A DNA stretch of 59,708 nucleotides, filler included, from Sphacelaria rigidula (GCA_964200075.2; 3 parts of 3 records of this genome joined end to end with filler, not necessarily neighbours in it); one strand, 5' to 3'. Positions 25,823 through 39,873 are shown, counted from the first letter of the whole stretch. Program-made: numbers and translations. The notes: a model not told the origin generated them from the letters alone.

Positions 25823-26907
25823 TACTCCGGCGGGTGCACTCTGCGAGTGATGGGATAGGATAGTTTGACGCACAGCAGCAGTCGTTTCATCATCGACAAC
25901 GGCACTGAACCACAAGCAAGCGAATACGCCCTCTCAGCTGATGTTTTCGCGTGATATATTTACTTTTTTACTTCGTTTTTTCGTTTTATTATCTCAAATT
26001 TCACCGTCCTCGCGTTGATACCTTTCACTGCCGAGATGATGGTCTTTCAGCGTGCTAGGGATGTGAACAACTCTGTAAATATGTGTGTGTGTTGTCATCC
26101 CATCCATTCTGAACGCCAGTTCATACCTTTCGGTATATGTGGGTGCTCTGTAAAGGTACGATGCAAGAAACGCGGTTTCGACCCCTGTTATATATACAAA
26201 GTGATCACGGGTCAATGTTTTTTTCCCGTCCGCTCTTTTCCTGCTTCGATAGGTTACGGTCGATCGTAAGGTTTGGCGGGTGTGACCCTCCAACTGGGTG
26301 TTGGCATACATACCACTTCCCTGTTGGCACTCGTTTCGCCCGCTTCTGTTTGTTTATACAAAGTTGTCTGTCGCGAGCAGGCTGCGTAGCCGAACCCACG
26401 CACACAAGAGTCAGTCACGCTTCGTTTTGGAGCTCGGAACATATACGCGATACATGTTGTAATTTTCTGACGAGTGTGCCTTGCGGGAAGAGCTCGAAAA
26501 TGTACGATGATCGTAATCTTCCACCGTTGCAGGAGCTGAAACATGACAATATATTTTTTGGAATCCGCCACGTCCAGGTACAATTTCCGTCACGTTCCGG
26601 TATTTATCGGAATTCGTGTTTTTTACCCCCTACAGGTATGCTGCAGTTTCGGCATATCGCGTAGCTGTAACTCGGCATTTCATACTAAGGGTATATACAC
26701 ACCGTACCTACACCTGGCGTCAACACGTCCACGCTTACCTGAATCTGTCGAGTTAAGTTAATGGAACAATTCAAGGAATATTTAGTACAAATCTCTGACG
26801 AAATCATAGAACAAGCTTACTTCTACGTGTGTGTGGGCACGCAGGTTCATGATTGGTCTGGGAAAAAAAACAGGAAAGCTGATCGGCCAATACTCTTATT
26901 TTCGACG

Positions 26908-27793
26908 GTTGACGCCATCTGCGGCCCTCTGGAGCAGAGACATTAACTTCAAGGTTTATCTGAGGGTCTCCCAGTTAATGAATGAAAGTTCAAAACTGAA
27001 ATTTCGAGGTGAAGGACCCATCGACCATTCGAGGGTCCTCACTTATGCGTTATTGAGTGATTGCCTTTTGGTCGCGGCCATTAGGTCCGTTAAGGTGATG
27101 TTTAAAACCAGCGACCCTAATGCGATGATGCTTTACATGGTCGATGTGCTCCTCTAGCCTCCAATGTCCCACACATTACATGAGAAATCTAGCACGTACA
27201 CATTTCCCTAAGGGCCTGGAACTCCCATAAGTTTATCCACTTACAGCAGATGTTTCCCGCACAATTTTCTTTGGTCATGAATCCCGGGACGACGAGACGT
27301 TTGTCGAAATAACTATCGTTGATCTCGCCTTGGTGTCAGTTGACGCCATCGACGACCCTTTGGACCGGAGAGACAAACTCTAGGGTGTCTCTGAAGGTCT
27401 GCAACTTACATGTTGAGACTTCGGAACTGGAATTTCATGGAGAGGGGTCTATCGACCGTTCAAAGGCCTTCACTTCCGCGTCATGTCAGTACTGATTTTT
27501 TGCGCGGCCATCAGGTCCACTTGGCTAATGTTTAGAAACGACGACCCATGTGAACTCTCGCCAGAAAGAAAATGCGGTGATCAAGGCCTCAAATGATCGA
27601 TATGTCCTCCCGCCTACAATATCCCAACCCTCAGATTAGAAATCTGGTGTATGTACGTTCCCCCTAGGCCCGGAAATCCCATAAATGTTTGTACTTACAG
27701 CAGATTCTTCCCGCACTATTCCCTTTGGCCATAAATTTCGGTACGACTAGACGTGTGTCGAAGCAGCTATCCTTGGTCTCACATTGATGTCAG
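26908..27793. repeat. Old tandem duplication of about 430 bp
   Basis: Units start at gttgacgccatc (26908 and 27340) and share collinear blocks (aaatttc.....gaagg..c.atcgacc.ttc, gcggccat.aggtcc, acttacagcagat, gacg.ttgtcgaa). Confidence 0.8.
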
Positions 27794-30431
27794 CAGCGCG
27801 AGCACTAAAACTTCGGGGGTAATCAAATGAAAACTCAGATATCCCCACGATAGTACGAGGACGGAAATCACTTCAAGGGCTACGTAATATTTGACCATTC
27901 AATCTTCGGTGGGGTAGCGCCCTCCACATGGACACCAATATCGAATGAAAGCTCACGGCACGGACTTTCCACCAAAACATACATCCCAGTCAGCGCACGG
28001 AGTGAGTAAAGAACTTCTGAACACATGCAAGCATACCTCTGGACAAGAGGATCATGGGCTTTTTTCGCATATTTTTCGACATCAACGAGGTTTACGCATA
28101 TAGTACAGGTATCGGCGGGAAGCCAGTAAATGGAGCTTAAACCATTACCCGGCTAGTTCTGTGAATCCTCAGCCCACATATTATGCGAAAACGAAGAGGA
28201 TGGAGCGTTGATCCTGGATGGCCATCATCCACTTTTGCTGTATAGTGCTGGGCGCCTGGACTATTGATTGTTCAGGACGTTTTTTCTCGCGAATACTTCT
28301 GGATATTCGAAAGCGCTAGCTTCGGTAGATTTTGGTAAAATGAACAGATCGTCTTCCCACCCCCAGTGTCCAAGTTAGGGCTACTTGATGTCGTCGGGCG
28401 ATACGAGTAGATACCCCGTTTATCAGGAGAGTGTTATTGACCGTGAAAGGCACTCATTCGGCTCTGGTGTAATGGGTAGGTAGAATAAAAAAAAACATTC
28501 CTATGCATTTCTTCACAAATACGATCGGGACAGGTTCGATCAACGGAAAATAGTGAAGAGTTAAAATCTGGGCTGAAACGCGGCAGGACCCCCGATGATC
28601 GATCAGCCTGTCAGTCACGCAATATTGAGTACAGATGATTTTTGTGTGGAATGTGGAGTGGTAATAAGTATCTTCAGATCCTCAATGTGATAAGCGGTGG
28701 CAAGCGAAACAACCTAAAAAAATCGCCAATTCGAAGAAATGACCAATTTCAACAGTTCAGGCGCTCAGTACTGCATCTTCTTTACAGCGATCACTTTCGC
28801 TGTAGATCCCGCATACAACGCTCTCTCAACACGTATGTTCGGCGATTGAGTTATGCACACGCGGTCAATCTGCTCCTCCTTGAAATTTCAGTATGGCGTT
28901 TTTCTCCCTCTAGAGGGCAAAATGGCCCTCCGGAGGGTGTGAAATACCATCTTCTGGTGGTTCATGATGCCTCTGGAGTGGACTGTACACGAAGACGCCG
29001 GAGGGCACATGCTTACCTTGAGCACCTAATTTTACTGAGGGTGCCTCTGGGGAAATTTGAGGAAACAATACTCTCCAGTGTGTAAATATACCTCTGGAGT
29101 CCGCACTACATCAAACCTCTGGACGACACTTGTATCCTAACTGCCTCCGGGGCACTTTTGGGACCCCAGAAATTTTGTAGTGTCGACCATCACCCCAGAT
29201 ATATGTCACCCACCGTTCACAGATCGAACCATACAAACCGCAGAACACATATTCCCAGCTGCCATCACAACCTTGCAGCAAAGAGCACGAGTTGGGCACA
29301 GGGATATGGATACACACTGCCGTGGTTGGGTATGATGTGTTTCTCGTTCGTGGAAACTTATCGAGCATCTTTTTTCATGGTTGGAATCGCGGCGACGGAA
29401 CCACGCGGGGTAGAGTGGGCAACCGGCTTGCAAACACACTCATGGACAGTGCAGGCAGTACAAAGCTGCATGTTGTTCAAGACCTCTTCACGTCGCACTG
29501 TAAGCAGGAGACATATATCTCTGCGCTGTCTGTACTGTACTTTGCCCGCTTCCCTTTCACATCCTACTGGCCGTACAGTTGTGAGCATGTAGAACGCGTG
29601 TACTGCATTAGCTGGCTGTATATAACACCCCCACATATGCAAACTTACAGGTATCCACATTGTACAGCTATACGTAGCGCATATGCCGCGCTAACTCTGC
29701 AGTATATGGCACCGCACGTATAAGCACGGTATGGTGCTGTTCTGCAAGGTATTGTTGTGATCATATCCGCATCAAAGTACAGTAAACCGCGATCAGAATT
29801 TTTGACGTTTTTGATCGAACTTATTGCTTCGGTGTGTTGTTGGTAGACCCTGGCCTACGGGGTCTTCAGGACCCAAATGTATACATTTGGGAGGTATGTC
29901 CACCTCGTTCGTCATCCCCAGCTGAACCTTAGTACCACGGCCGTGTGGACATACACTCGCAATCAGTGTATGGGATTTGTATACATGAGGGCCGTTCAAG
30001 AACTCTCCATTTGCCCGATTGATATATGAATTGGGGGGCAAGAGGAATAATTTTCAACAATCGCTGCTGCCTGTCGAACCTCATACGCTGGTTACGGTAC
30101 AGTATGCGGGACTTGAACGGGAGAGGTTGCTCGCAAATAATTTATTTTTGCCCAATTTCAGGATGAATTGGCGAGCAAAACGAGGATTTATTTCGGACAG
30201 CTTCTGCTGTACAAATCCCATCTGCCAGTGTATGGGATTCGTACAGCCTCTTCTGTTCGTCGAATTATCCCTTTTTGTCCAATTCCAAAAATTGGGCACA
30301 AATAATTTATTTCGAACAGCAGAGGCTGTTCAAGTTCCAGATTTCCACATCACGAGTGCCTTTCAAACAATCCGGAGAATTTCGATACTGACATGTACCG
30401 CGCAGATATCGGGACGGTTTTTAATGTGAAG

Positions 30432-30500
<69 letters not shown>
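30432..30500. repeat. (CAA)n microsatellite
   Basis: Direct reading. Confidence 0.95.
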
Positions 30501-33216
30501 TGGACCTTCGAGGGAGATCCCGACATTGAAAACCCTCTAGAGGATTGCGAACCAAGATCATCAAGTGGGGATTTCAAAACGGACGGAACTGAGGTGACGT
30601 TTAGAAAATCCCCTGATAATAGTGCAGTATCATGCCAAGGTCACATCTCCTAACTTACGCCACCGCGGCCATGCGGCGGAAACATGATTGAAGTTCGGAG
30701 CACGTGTTCACATCACACAAGAAAGAGAGACGAAATTAAATCCGTCTTCCCGGGACACGACAACATCACTGTAGACGTCTACCGTAGAGGATACGGGGTG
30801 GTATGTGCGTGAAGCACACTTTCAGCTAGTATGTCATCGCTCTCTCCTCATTCATCAACAGTCCACCGCTTGCCGGTAGGTCGCACAATTAGTTTTGCTG
30901 CATGTTGCTTCTGTACCGCCCCTCTTCCGGCGTACTGCTTTTACCGCAGCAGCAACCATTTATATGAGATTATTGATTTTTTCTTGGGGAATAACGCACC
31001 TCAATTCCGCGGGGTATAGTAGGGTATCGCTTGCGGTGCTTGTTCTCTATGCTCGGTCGGTCGGTCGGCCAGCGGCTGTGAAAGCTTTGGCGCGAATAGT
31101 GCGGCAAGATTGCAACCGTTTCGTAACAAGAAACCGATTTTTCACAATCGTTGGGCCGCATCCTCAAGTGGAAACACCGCGCGCTCGGACGGCGCACAAA
31201 CGTCTGCTTGAATATAGCTTACTCGAGGGTTAGCATACCCCCGGAGGATTGATCACGAAGTCTTCTCCCTAGTTATGGTTTGCATTGGATCCAAATCACA
31301 CAGCGCACTACTGCGAGAATCCCCATGTGCTGAGGAAACATAGATCGAGGCAACGTCGCACTCCTGGGTTGAATGTGATGGACGCGACTGTGATGGCCTG
31401 TCTCAGGTGAGGGTGTATCGGTAAAGAAGGGGTATGACTTTCTACTAAGGGATGAGCACATTGTGGGTAGCCACTTGGATTGCTACAGGTATATGTTTTC
31501 TTTTGACATAAAGGGTGTGTCAGGTGTTGAATCTACATTATTTTCACGAAGAAAATGAGACAAAATCTGTTGGGATCCAGATGACCCACCGGTTGAATGT
31601 TCGAATGTTCAGATCATCAGTACAGGTAGTGCTCGGCGCACCAGTACTCGCTTATTACAGTGGTACATTGCGGTCGTGTATCAACATGAAATAGACGTAC
31701 AGCTCTGTCTACTCCACGAAATTGACCTGAAGCACGCTTTATTCTGCGTGGATTATTGTTCTGCCGACGTTTGGGGCAGCTCTTGTAAACTGGCAGAGAA
31801 CCCGAAGACGTCCGGGAAATGTTTATCTAAACGTGAGGGACCCGAAGCTCTCATACTACAGCACTTAGTAAAAGTGGTGTTCGGTACTACTAGGTTTTGC
31901 GGCGGGCTGAACCAATCATGTCGGCGAGAGGCAAGCAACCAACGGGCTAGCGAACAAAATCTCTTCTGTTTTAACGTTTTTTCCCGGCAAAGCGTGCTAT
32001 GGATAATAACAAAGATTGTTCGCGCCAACACGTTCTAAACTACGAGTTTAGGGCAGGTCAGGTCTCCGACGGTGAGGGAAATCATTTTGATTCGAGTATC
32101 GAGTCTACATGCAATTTTTTTTGTACTTTGTATTCGGGTTGAACAAACAAGAAAAGCCCGACCCCTAGATCTCGACACCTACCCCTGACAGGTACGTAAC
32201 ACTCCGACACGGAAACGCCAATAAGCGACGTGGGAGACGAGGGAAGCGATGCGCACGCGACGCCTGAGTGGCGTGGCAATGACATGATTCATCAGTACAT
32301 CACCACCCCACAAGAAGACTAGGGTGAATTCTGTTCGCGCGGACAGATTTCAAAACTCGGATGGGAGTTTTTGAATCGGTTTTCGCAAGCAGATTATATG
32401 TTTGCTCGAAGGGATCATCAATATAGCAACCGCGCGGGCACATGATACTGAAAGCCCCGCTACCCCAGCGAAACAAAAAATGTTCGGCTCTAACTGCAAC
32501 TGCTGATCAGCTAAATATTTTGTGCCTTGCTATCGCCAAATCGATTCAATATTCAACAACCGTTTGTACCAGACGCGCGCCGCAAACACCCGCGAATGAG
32601 GGTCAGCAACGGCATATTCTGGGTCGATACTGACATCCACGCGGCCACCCTTCCTCCAATACTGAACTAATTTCTGTCATACAAAGACTACTAGGTGTTT
32701 TGTGAGCACAGGCTAGCTGTCTCACGGTCACGCGAGCGGTGGGTGTCTACGTGTTTTTCCAGGGCTCCCTGAGGGGGCGATGTGCAACCTAGTCCCATCT
32801 TTCCTGTACTGGCATAGAGCAAAGATGTCGGTTGGCGCTAGTTCGTGCCCTTGACAGATAACTGTCCTCAAAACGCCTTGATAGACAGCCTTAACAGTAA
32901 GAATCAGGGCACACATATCAAATCCCTGCTTTCGGAAAACACCTGACCATATCATGAAAAAGCGGCGAAGTCCTGCTTTTCCCGTGCAGTTTATATGTTC
33001 CTGTGTTGCCGCCTGCTGCGTGCTGTGGTGACGTTTGTTGTGCCCTGTGTACGCGTGTGCTTTGTGAAAAAAGTGGATTTCCATCGGGGTTCAGGCGGCG
33101 TTTGGATACCGGAGATAGAGTACGTTCTCTATCATGATGACTTTAAATGCCTTGACAGAGAGCTTTGACGATTGACAGCCTTATCAGTTGGGCGACAACG
33201 GACATCTTTAGGAAAA

Positions 33217-33386
33217 AACAGCCGATCATCTATGTTGAGAATGGTGCTTTTCATTGAGATCGGATCGCCGAAATTCCCCGAAATTGAATTTTCCCGTAGG
33301 ACCCCAATATTTCGGTTATTGGCATCCAAATCCGGGTTCTCATCCTCAATGAAAAGCACCATCCTCAACATAGATGATCGGCTGTT
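33217..33386. repeat. 42-bp near-perfect inverted repeat with 86-nt spacer (hairpin)
   Basis: 33217-33258 and 33345-33386 differ at one position (A:C on +, G:U on -). Confidence 0.85.
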
Positions 33387-33654
33387 AAAAGGGGATTTAC
33401 CTTCAGGTGATCGAGCGAATCGTACACACTCTGGACAACGGACACAATGATAGTCCATTGTTTCCGTCATAGATGCAGGGGAAAACCTATCGACATATGT
33501 TGACGAACGCAATAGACGGTGAAAGAAATATATTGATATGTATTGAAACGACAACTGATGTTGCAAGAGTCGATCAACAGTCTATGGCAAATAGAACAGA
33601 TGAAGACCGCTGGCGATCGATGTACATCGTAAACTGTAACAGATTCTGGGATTT

Positions 33655-35050
33655 ATTTATCGATAGCCAGTGCCGTAATCAGTGGATTCGGTGAACCACC
33701 CATCGATAGTCATTGCCGTCACCAATACCTTTGGTGAGCCATGTATTGATAGTAATTTCCGTCATCAATAGATCTGGTGAGCCGTTTATCGGTAGCCGTT
33801 GCCATCATCAATAGATTTTGTGAACAATGTATCGATAACCTCTGCCGCCAACAATGCATTTTGGGGTATGTATCAATTGTCATTGCCGTCAACAATCGAT
33901 TATTCTAGGGAGCATCTATCGATAGCCAGTGACGCCAACGATAGGTTCTGATATATAAACTACTCACCGCAGTGGTCTTACGGTATTAACGGCAACAACC
34001 CTTACGATTGAACACGCAACTATTCCTCCTGGGTCGTTAGCTGGTCATAGCTTCTGCGGAGTAAGGTAGAAATATCCATCGAAAAATGTGCATACATAGG
34101 TAGTGATCGACGCCATTCAGCTCCTTTTGTGGTCGACGACAGATATTGGTGGCCGCGATTCAGTATATATTGCGACCAGCGATAGACATTGGTGGCCGCA
34201 ATTCAGATTCTAATGTGATCAGCAACATACATTGATGAACGCAATTTAGATCCTACTGTGACACATTAAATATATCGGTGGCCGCGTTGCAGATCCTACT
34301 GTGATTATCAGTGGAAATTGGTGGCGGCAAATCAGAGCCTATTACGACAAATGGCATGTATTGATAGACAGCAAGCCACTCCATTGTCACGGGAATGATA
34401 CATTCTGTCCCTTGTTCGGGATGTCTTGTCGCCTACAACAGTTTTCGACAGACAGTGATGGCAGTTGACTATGACTGACGATGAACATTGACAGTCAAAT
34501 TTTCGGGCCTGTTGCAACATATTGCACGGCAAGGTTCTATTACATAGCCTATTGCCCAGGGTATAAGCATATCTGACACACGCACAAAAGTACTAAAGGC
34601 GATCGTGTCCATCCATCGGGACAATCCTGAGTACCAACACACACCAACAACAAAACACGAAACATTTGTGCACACATTTTGTAGATTCCTACAACATATA
34701 ACCGTTCCAAATTTTCAGAATCCTGACGTCATATTTTCACAAGTAGTATCACCATATACCCACTCCATGTCTACCTACGGCTTCTCTACTGTACTTCAAT
34801 AGACTGTAATATGCTCTACAGATAGTATGTTGCGATGTAGGTGTGGCAATAGACGACATGAAATATCTACCCGTAGGCGTTGTATGCCACAGTAGATTCT
34901 GGTATGTATCTATCGATCGTCATTGACGCCATCAATAGATTCGATACGAAATCTATCAATAGCCATCGCCGATATCAATAGATTTGACACACAGTCTAAT
35001 GATAGTCATCGCCATCACTACTAGATTCGGCAATCTATCGATCGATACAC
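33655..35050. repeat. Degenerate about 43-bp tandem arrays
   Basis: Unit atcgatagtcattgccgtcatcaatagatt.ggtga.cc at about 33655-33950 and 34880-35050; a second unit attggtggccgcaattcagat.cta.tgtga at about 34140-34335. Confidence 0.75.
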
Positions 35051-38000
35051 GCGATCGGTGCCAATAGTTGGAGGTGCAGGGCCACAATAGACCCCTGGCC
35101 GGGCAGTAGTGTGGAAAATGGGTATATAGATAGATATTGCCGACGACGATAGAAGGAGAAACTTGTCGATCGATAGCCATTACGGACGACAATATTGGCA
35201 TCTAGTGCGTCAGATTCTGTTGTTGGTGCAGTAGATGCCGTCCATTGTCCAGGGTGTGAAATGATCCTATTTAACATCCCGATCACCTGCCACAAGAGTC
35301 GGCTTTGGTACTCATGTGCAAGACACAATACACCGCAGGTATGAACGTTTACAGAAGTTGCAGTTTCGCAGGCATCTGCCGACAGGACGTGTTACGATCA
35401 ATTGCAGCAACAATAGCAGCGGTATCAGCACAGCAGCAGTAGTCTACTTCGTGCACCACTCTTCACGGCCAGAGGTGGCTCATGGAATAATGTAGGTATA
35501 ACGGCTACTGGGGATAGTTCGCTCACATCAGGCTCCTTGTCCATTGTCACATTTTCCATCTCGACTGTTATGTGTTGGCCACATAGAGCGAAATGACCTG
35601 GGGGGGGGCAAGGAAAGCACGTTTATCGCCGGTGTGTATTGATGCCGGAATCGGCTTCGCCAGCTTATTGCCTAGAAGGTATATATGGTACAGTGCGCCG
35701 ATCGCACGGCCAGAGGCAGGGCCTTATCTCACGCGCGTACAGGATAGCTCCTACCATCCGTTACAATAGTAGATAGCTGCCACGTCACCTACTGCGTACG
35801 CCGCCACCCCCGCCACCCCCGGCTGATCAGGGTAGGGATATACAAGTTGAAGCCATTGCTGTATCATGGTCTCCGTGTGCTTGCCTAGCCCGTTGTCCGG
35901 CGATTTGACGTGTTGGTTTGGCTTCGCATTTCGTTTGTGGGTGACCTGAGTCGACCGCCAGGGCGGGCCGAGTTTGGGTGGGTAATTTGGCGAAGCTTCT
36001 CTATACTGAAATCGGATGAGCCGCCCAAGAAGCGGAGTGGACTAGGAGTGGACTAGGAACCGATGTCCTCTTCACCGTGTGTCGAGGTCGCTTAATCCGT
36101 TTCCGGGCTGATAACGGGTTGGTTCGTGTGGACTAACCTGCCCCCTGTGAGAGACAAGGTTGGTGGCGGTCATTTGGCCCGATCCTCCTACTAAATCAAA
36201 TGGACCACCCCATGTGCGCGGTGGACTAGCAACCGATGTGCCCTTCATCGAATGTAGAGGTCGGGTGGCGTACAGTTGCGTCATGTGAGTGAATTTCCCC
36301 GCGTACTTTTCATCAATTGGCACTTCGATCTGATCGCCAAGCTTGGTTGGTACGCTATCCGCTCATGAAATTAGTTCAGCGATCGTGGATCATAATAAGG
36401 AATAGGTCCGTCCCGCCTTGGCACGCCCTTTGTTGGCGCATTGGTTACCTAACGCCGTGTTTTATCGAAGTAGATAACATCTGTGTGCAAAATCATTTTG
36501 AAAAACAGATCTGTATTCCCAACCACGACTTTCAGTCTTGTCGAGTACAATTTTTCTGTCCACTTACGGGCCAGATCTGCGCAAAGTTTCAAATATTCGG
36601 TGATTCTGGCAGTGGTCGTTGGCCCTCCATCTTGTGTACCCTCTCCAATCTTACGCTCGAGCCGTAACATTCGGGATGATCATTTTTTCCTTGTGTTCCA
36701 AGGTATTCGGGTGATCGCAGTCCGATTTGACCTCCAGCTTCACACCCCCTGGACTTGAGGCATGGTCGTCGAAGAGGCGTTCAGAGGCGGTATTGATGGC
36801 TACTGCCTTGGCCTCTGGGCCAGCATCGCGGCGTTATTTGGGTGCATAAACTCAGTGTACAGAAAAAAAAGGAGCGTAGCTCGCGCAAGCCACGCATTAC
36901 CGACGGTGTGGCCATTCAGGCAAACAACCTGGATTCTTCCACGACAGCACCGCCGTTGTCAAGTTGTGAACAAAAACATGAGAGGAGTAGCGTTTGCCGC
37001 CGTGATTGTCAGCACCGTGCGACGGTGTTTATTTACAGCTCCCACCGTTTCTGGGCATACTCCATGCTACCACGGGAGTTGAAGAGAGCTTCTGGTATCG
37101 ACGTGTAGATAGGAAGAAGGACGTTCCAGCGGCACGTATTTTGGCCGGATCGCTGTAGTACTTGTGCCTTCGAACACTCCCTAGGCATACCCATCAAACA
37201 CCGTCAGTATGGTAATTTCGGAACCGTTTCACTTTTTCGTGCTGGTGTACCCCATTTTTATGCACCAGTGATGTGGTTGACACGGCCAGCTGAATCGAGT
37301 CGTTCCACCAGAAAATGTAGAGGTGGTCTCAGCACAACACCAAATAGATAAACTGGTGAGACTCTGACGTTCTGTTGTAGTACACCATCCCCTTCAATAC
37401 GCAAATCACTGGTCGGCCTTCAGTTTGACCAACCTCGCTGGGGTTTTGGAAACAACTGTTCCTTGTCAAGAGGCACAACAGAAACCGGGGGCTTGAGAAT
37501 AAAACACCTCGCTGCTAACACTCCGGGTATCACAATCATTTGTGGCCGAGATCATCACATCCGACCAGGAGCGCACTGGCCTTAGCGTAAAGACTGCTCA
37601 TGTGCGGAGGATCACCCCATCAACCGTGCATGAATTGTAGGAATGCATGTTGTGACATTTTATTCAAGCCGTCGGCTGCCAACACGCTGTTGAATTTGGC
37701 CCGGTATCGACCGGTCAGCGCCCACATATAGCATCACACCGAAGCATCATTAGTCATCTCGACACCCAGACCTGACAGTCCGGCGGAGCCAATCGGTTAA
37801 ACTTGACAACACATTTTATAGAATTCTGAAGCCGTCTACGTCGATCTGGCACCCATCTACGCCCAGACGTATTCCAATACCGATGATTTGAGGCGAGATT
37901 GACTGGACCCGAGGACCGGAAATACTCTTCATGGATGCTGACGTTCTCAACCAGAAAACGGATTATTTGCAGTGTGAAATCGTGGAATAATAGGGACGCG

Positions 38001-38607
38001 GGTGCCTGGTTTTATTTTGTACGTGAACGATGTCGAAGGCTAATTTGTTGTACTAATGGGATGATAACCGCAGGCAGACAGCGCCGTTAATGGTAACAAA
38101 GTTTCGTAAAGCTACACAATGTGTCTTCGACAAAGTAAGATGCAAAAGCTTAATACAATCCATCGATCCTGGTTTTCTGAAGATAAAGATACAAGCCAGA
38201 AAAGGAAAAAAGTGTGTGTGTGTGGGGGGGGGGCTCACGCATACTACCCACGTGGCTCTAAGGCGATTGAACTTTGAAATGCTATTGTAATTAAAAAGTT
38301 GTAGCCTGTGTTTTTAATCGACATGCTTTTCCTGATTCTATTCAAACCAAGGTAAGTCGGGACCGGACTTCAGTGTTGCTGTCGACATGTTTTTCAAGAT
38401 TTCGACTTGTCAGCAATACAATACCGCCCCTGGTTCCTCCGCCCGCAAGGTCTCGACCAACTCCTACCCATACCGCAACAACTCAGGAGAACGGCACCGA
38501 GACACGAGACTGAGCTTTCCAGACAAGAGCAACAGCAGCAGCAACAACAACGGCGACGACAACGGCGACGACGACAACCTCAACCAGCTCTCCCCGCCGT
38601 GAAGCAT

Positions 38608-38850
38608 ATGGCCTACCGCCAAGAACTTGACAACCGGCGCGGTTCATTCGCTTCAGCTTTGTCAGCCACCCTCGCGGCTATGATGTTGCTAGCGAGGGGG
38701 AAAGGGGTGAGCGGGGCGGAGATAACCACGGAGTATCTCAAGCCCACGGTCAGCTCTAAGGCATGTGTGGACACCGTTGAGTTGATCTCGGTCAAGACCA
38801 AAAGTCTGGGAAATGACGGTGCCTGCATGCAGTGCGACCCTGCAAACCCC
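38608..38850 (+). CDS. Probable first exon of a secreted or membrane-anchored Cys-containing protein; rest presumably beyond the contig end
   Basis: ATG at 38608, hydrophobic stretch FASALSATLAAMMLLARG..VSG/AE, then ...KACVDTVEL...GACMQCDPANP ending at a CCC|GTGAGT donor. Confidence 0.55.
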
Positions 38851-39773
38851 GTGAGTGGCGACGTCCTTCATTTGACCAACTGCTGCCCCCCCTTGGAAGC
38901 GTGTGATCCGGAGCATTGAGCTTCACCTCTGTCCATGAGGCCTTGCTGGATATACGATATTTGTCGCCGCCTGACGTTTCCCGTTTTTGACTCGTCTTTC
39001 GAATCATGCGTGCTGAACTCAACATTTTTTTTCTGATGATACCACGAAAGCCCGTGGTTGGCCACGATGTCTGCATCCGCTGTGCTTCCGCAAGCCCCTC
39101 GTGTGTTGACGAGGTTCTACCGCTTGCACTTGTTCAGCTTGTCCAGCACCGTACGACTCGTCAATGTCAGCCTCATGAGCGTAGCCCGTACTATCACGAA
39201 AACGGATGAAACATGCCTACTTGCCGTTTGGGTTCATATCCTTTTCGCTTCATGCAATGCAGCAGTGGAATACGGCGCCTGTCCGACACCATAGCCTTGT
39301 TAGTAAACCCTCCCTAGCAGCTAGTCGCAGTGCACCCTTTGTGGATATTTCAATTTTGTTTAGTATTTCTCCTCTCATCGCCCCTGGTCCAGCGAGAACC
39401 CGGCGTGCTCTGTCCCGGCTTTGTAGGGGTGGACCCCCGATGGGGTTGGCGTCGGTTGGCGATAACGCTATAAAACGCGCCACTCACTGCGTCAGCGAGG
39501 CAACCAGGTCACCGATTCTTTTTGCGCACTTGCCTTTTTTTGCGGCAACCATGATGGTGGTCGAGCTAGATCATGTGGTGCGGCGTGGGAGAACCTCAGC
39601 TCCGCACAATGAGGATGATCGCACTACGTAGTGTTTACATGGTGAGACACCCATGAGGCAGTGTATAAGCCGTTGCTGCCTCTGGAAGTGGCGATACCAG
39701 ATGATGAAGTATCTCATTGGAGGCTGTCATCCAAATGCAAGATAATCAGAAGGCTTCGGGCCGAACAATCTTA

Positions 39774-39873
39774 NNNNNNNNNNNNNNNNNNNNNNNNNNN
39801 NNNNNNNNNNNNNNNNNTTAATTAATTAANNNNNNNNNNNNNNNNNNNNNNNNNNNNNNNNNNNNNNNNNNNN
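39774..39873. other. Artificial contig spacer
   Basis: Identical 100-nt N/TTAATTAATTAA linker. Confidence 0.97.

Noticed and set aside
28345-28375. LDTGGGKT P-loop-like motif on (-)
   Set aside because: It is isolated, no other helicase motifs are visible, and another frame reads more continuously.
30502-30590. Possible isolated exon beside the (CAA)n tract
   Set aside because: Plausible on either strand, but no partner exons or motif could be found.
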